The position numbers were made by a program, and so were the translations under genes. A stretch of 64,000 nucleotides of DNA, from NCBI GenBank assembly GCA_019752015.1, contig JAIEMQ010000015.1, forward strand, positions 140,205 to 204,204, in the 5' to 3' direction. This document shows positions 62,064-64,000 of the stretch, in pieces. Within the stretch, counting starts at the first letter, position 1. Every line of letters begins with the position of its first letter. A model generated the notes under the pieces. It had not been told where the DNA came from. It did not search any database and saw nothing but the letters and a program-made list of their open reading frames with translations. Source of the stretch: Cyanobacteriota bacterium (GTDB lineage Bacteria; Acidobacteriota; Vicinamibacteria; Vicinamibacterales; UBA2999).

Positions 62064-62759
62064 ATGAGTTTTGTTTCCAAGTGGTTCGACAGGCAGGTTC
62101 AGCCCGCGCCGGCCGCGACGCGTCTTCAAACTGTGATGTCACGTCTCACACCCGAGGATGCGATCAAGGCGCTGGAAAGCTCGCCGAGCGAAGACCTTCG
62201 GCTTGCTGCCGGCATCTCGATTCTCACGCTGTTCATTGCGCAGAAGCTTCACACGGAAGTGATGACGCTCGTGGACGCACTCCCGTCAGCTGTTCGGAAG
62301 ACCGCCGTCAATCCTGCCCACGACGTGGTCGTCTTCGAAGCTGCTGCCTACTGTCACTTCCAGTTGATGAAGGAATACCTCGGCGACGAGGACGATAGCC
62401 ACGACGGCGACTATTATTTCAATGCGTTGCGAGAGGCCGTCCACTTGACATCGGCACTGCTGAAGAGTCACACGGAGTTCTCAGTCGATGAACGGCTGTT
62501 CGCGAATCGCGTCATCCGCTATTCGATGAAAGTTGGACCCCTTGCGGTTCGCGATGAAACGGCGGAACTGGAAGCCCTCGTGCTGCAATCGTTACAGAAG
62601 GGAAGTCCCATCGGAGCAGCTCACGCACCGACGTTGTTGAATCTTGCGCTCGGGATTGCGCTCAAGACGGCGATCGCGATCTTCCACAACACGTGGATGA
62701 CGCCGCTTCGCCAGACTGCGCAGAATCTCCATCAGTACGATTTGGACAATCCGGCATAG
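62064..62759 (+). CDS. hypothetical protein (lower-GC island cargo)
   Basis: 231-aa ORF, predicted helical, no motif recognised. Confidence 0.55.
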   Translation: MSFVSKWFDRQVQPAPAATRLQTVMSRLTPEDAIKALESSPSEDLRLAAGISILTLFIAQKLHTEVMTLVDALPSAVRKTAVNPAHDVVVFEAAAYCHFQLMKEYLGDEDDSHDGDYYFNALREAVHLTSALLKSHTEFSVDERLFANRVIRYSMKVGPLAVRDETAELEALVLQSLQKGSPIGAAHAPTLLNLALGIALKTAIAIFHNTWMTPLRQTAQNLHQYDLDNPA

Positions 62760-62841
62760 GGAGGCGAGTCTTGCACCTCGCGTTCCCCATGCTCACCTCA
62801 GAGTGCGCTCAAGTTGCCGTCGCTCTGATAAATGCCAAACG

Positions 62842-62930
62842 GCGGAAGCGCGCCGGGCGGGTCAAGGGCGCGACGAACCGAATCGTGGAGCGGCGAAGCG
62901 GACCCTTGAGCCGCCCGGCGCGGCTTCCGC
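62842..62930. other. 27-bp-stem hairpin between convergent island genes
   Basis: gcggaagcgcgccgggcgggtcaaggg ... cccttgagccgcccggcgcggcttccgc (one mismatch, one bulge, 34-nt loop). Confidence 0.75.
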
Positions 62931-62955
62931 ACAATATCCGGTCGGAGCGACGGCG

Positions 62956-64000
62956 TCAGCGACTGATCGCCACTGCATGACCGACGCTGGTGCCGCGTGA
63001 ATCTTGGCTGATTCTCTGGCGCGACGAGGACGAGCCGCTCTTGTGCTCCAGTGCCGAGCGATGCGACACCTCTCGGTTCAGCGCTCGCCCCAGCTTCACC
63101 TTGTCGTCCGTGTAGATCCGTGCGTCGTGCTGACCGCGCGAGACGGCGACGTACGCGAGCCGTTGATTGACCAATTTCTCACTCGCACGATCGGTCTCGA
63201 CGTGCACGAGGACCCGACCCGTCGTCTGCCCCTGGCTGCTGTGGCTCGTCATCGCGTATCCGTAATCCAGGTGCGTTCGGTCGCTCGGCTCGAATGACGA
63301 CGTTCGACCGGAATCCCATCGAACCTCCATTCGCCCGTTCTGACGGATGCGCTCGATCGTGCCAAGCTCCCGATTTGCGACACCTCGCTCTCGATCCGGT
63401 GCGGTCATCTGCACACGGTCGCCGGCTGAAAAGGCCCGCTCGGTTTCGCGATACAGAGTCACGCCTTGGAGTCGCCGTGGATCGTACGTAACCCTGGTCC
63501 CTTTGTCGGTTCCGACTGTTAGTCTGTTCTCCCTCGCGTCGACGTGCTCGACCCGCGCGTAGTCGCCGGCGTGGATGCCGAGCGTCTTGCTGCCGTGGCT
63601 ATACCGCACCACATCGCCGACTTCGTACCGTTCCGCCCACTGTCGATCGGTGCCGGTGATCTCGTTGCGCGGCACGAGTACGGGCGTTCGATGCTCCTGG
63701 CGATCGACGTGACCCTCGGACTGCATCGCCCGGTGGATCGCGCCGTTCAGCTCCTGTCGCGATTGATTGTCCGGCGAGACGACAAGAGTTGAGTGCGGGT
63801 CCTTGACGTACTCGTTCGCGATGGCCTCCAGCCTCTCGTTCCGCGGGCCGATTTCGTGGACTCGGCCTTGGCGGTCCAGCTGCTCGACTGCGCGTTGGAC
63901 CTCGCCGCGGGACAACTGTTCGACGACCGCTTTCAGCTCCTGGTCCTTCTGCCGGACGATGCCGTCGAGACGCGCGGTTTGAATGCCCGCTTCTTGAAGC
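62956..64000 (-). CDS. conjugative relaxase (TraA/TrwC/MobA-MobL type), C-terminal helicase-associated part; 5' end outside the window
   Basis: The frame is open to base 64000 (...ARLDGIVRQKDQELKAVVEQLSRGEV...). C-terminus has LAYVAVSRGQHDARIYTDD. Confidence 0.75.
   Translation of the reverse strand, partial: LQEAGIQTARLDGIVRQKDQELKAVVEQLSRGEVQRAVEQLDRQGRVHEIGPRNERLEAIANEYVKDPHSTLVVSPDNQSRQELNGAIHRAMQSEGHVDRQEHRTPVLVPRNEITGTDRQWAERYEVGDVVRYSHGSKTLGIHAGDYARVEHVDARENRLTVGTDKGTRVTYDPRRLQGVTLYRETERAFSAGDRVQMTAPDRERGVANRELGTIERIRQNGRMEVRWDSGRTSSFEPSDRTHLDYGYAMTSHSSQGQTTGRVLVHVETDRASEKLVNQRLAYVAVSRGQHDARIYTDDKVKLGRALNREVSHRSALEHKSGSSSSRQRISQDSRGTSVGHAVAISR

Larger units (their letters stand above)
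59995..64000. mobile_element. left end of an integrated mobilisable/conjugative element inserted at a tRNA-Thr gene (continues beyond the window)
   Basis: tRNA 3' fragment followed by an AbiEi/AbiEii pair, an unknown ORF and a relaxase gene. The orientation of the fragment places the intact tRNA to the right of the window. Confidence 0.6.

Overview
High-G+C bacterial chromosomal segment. The gene content suggests Acidobacteriota (inference only): a VWFA-related protein with the N-terminal module typical of acidobacteria, and a CarboxypepD_reg-type TonB-dependent receptor. Bases 1-59,900 are mostly housekeeping genes: argS, coaX, birA, nadC, valS, split methylmalonyl-CoA mutase, gdh, an acyl-CoA dehydrogenase, IHF/HU, rpsA, cmk, rluB-like, scpAB, trpS, uvrC, ku, tdk, efp, hsp20, htrA, mscS, mpg, uvrA. 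A PQQ dehydrogenase and a hybrid sensor kinase are also present. Six things stand out. (1) An 852-aa protein has a CheY-like receiver that appears to lack the phospho-acceptor Asp, followed by about 22 tandem 16-residue (48-nt) repeats. (2) A diadenylate-cyclase-fold (DAC/DisA_N-like) protein with an unrecognised N-terminal half and an altered RHR motif sits divergent from a two-gene membrane-protein operon. (3) A truncated tRNA-Thr 3' half at about 59,995-60,046 marks the edge of an integrated mobile element. It carries an AbiEi/AbiEii pair, an unknown 231-aa protein and a conjugative relaxase, and runs off the window. (4) Short 7-9 nt tandem repeats, often arranged as long imperfect palindromes at stop codons, are widespread. 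A 42-nt REP-like element is also present. Copies of both are embedded in frame in valS, uvrA, uvrC, scpA and scpB. (5) About 200-300 bp inverted repeats bracket a truncated acyl-CoA-dehydrogenase-like ORF. (6) There are three apparent gene lesions: two single-base frameshifts and one large internal deletion in a TonB receptor. All calls come from by-eye motif recognition on the supplied ORF track. No database search was run.
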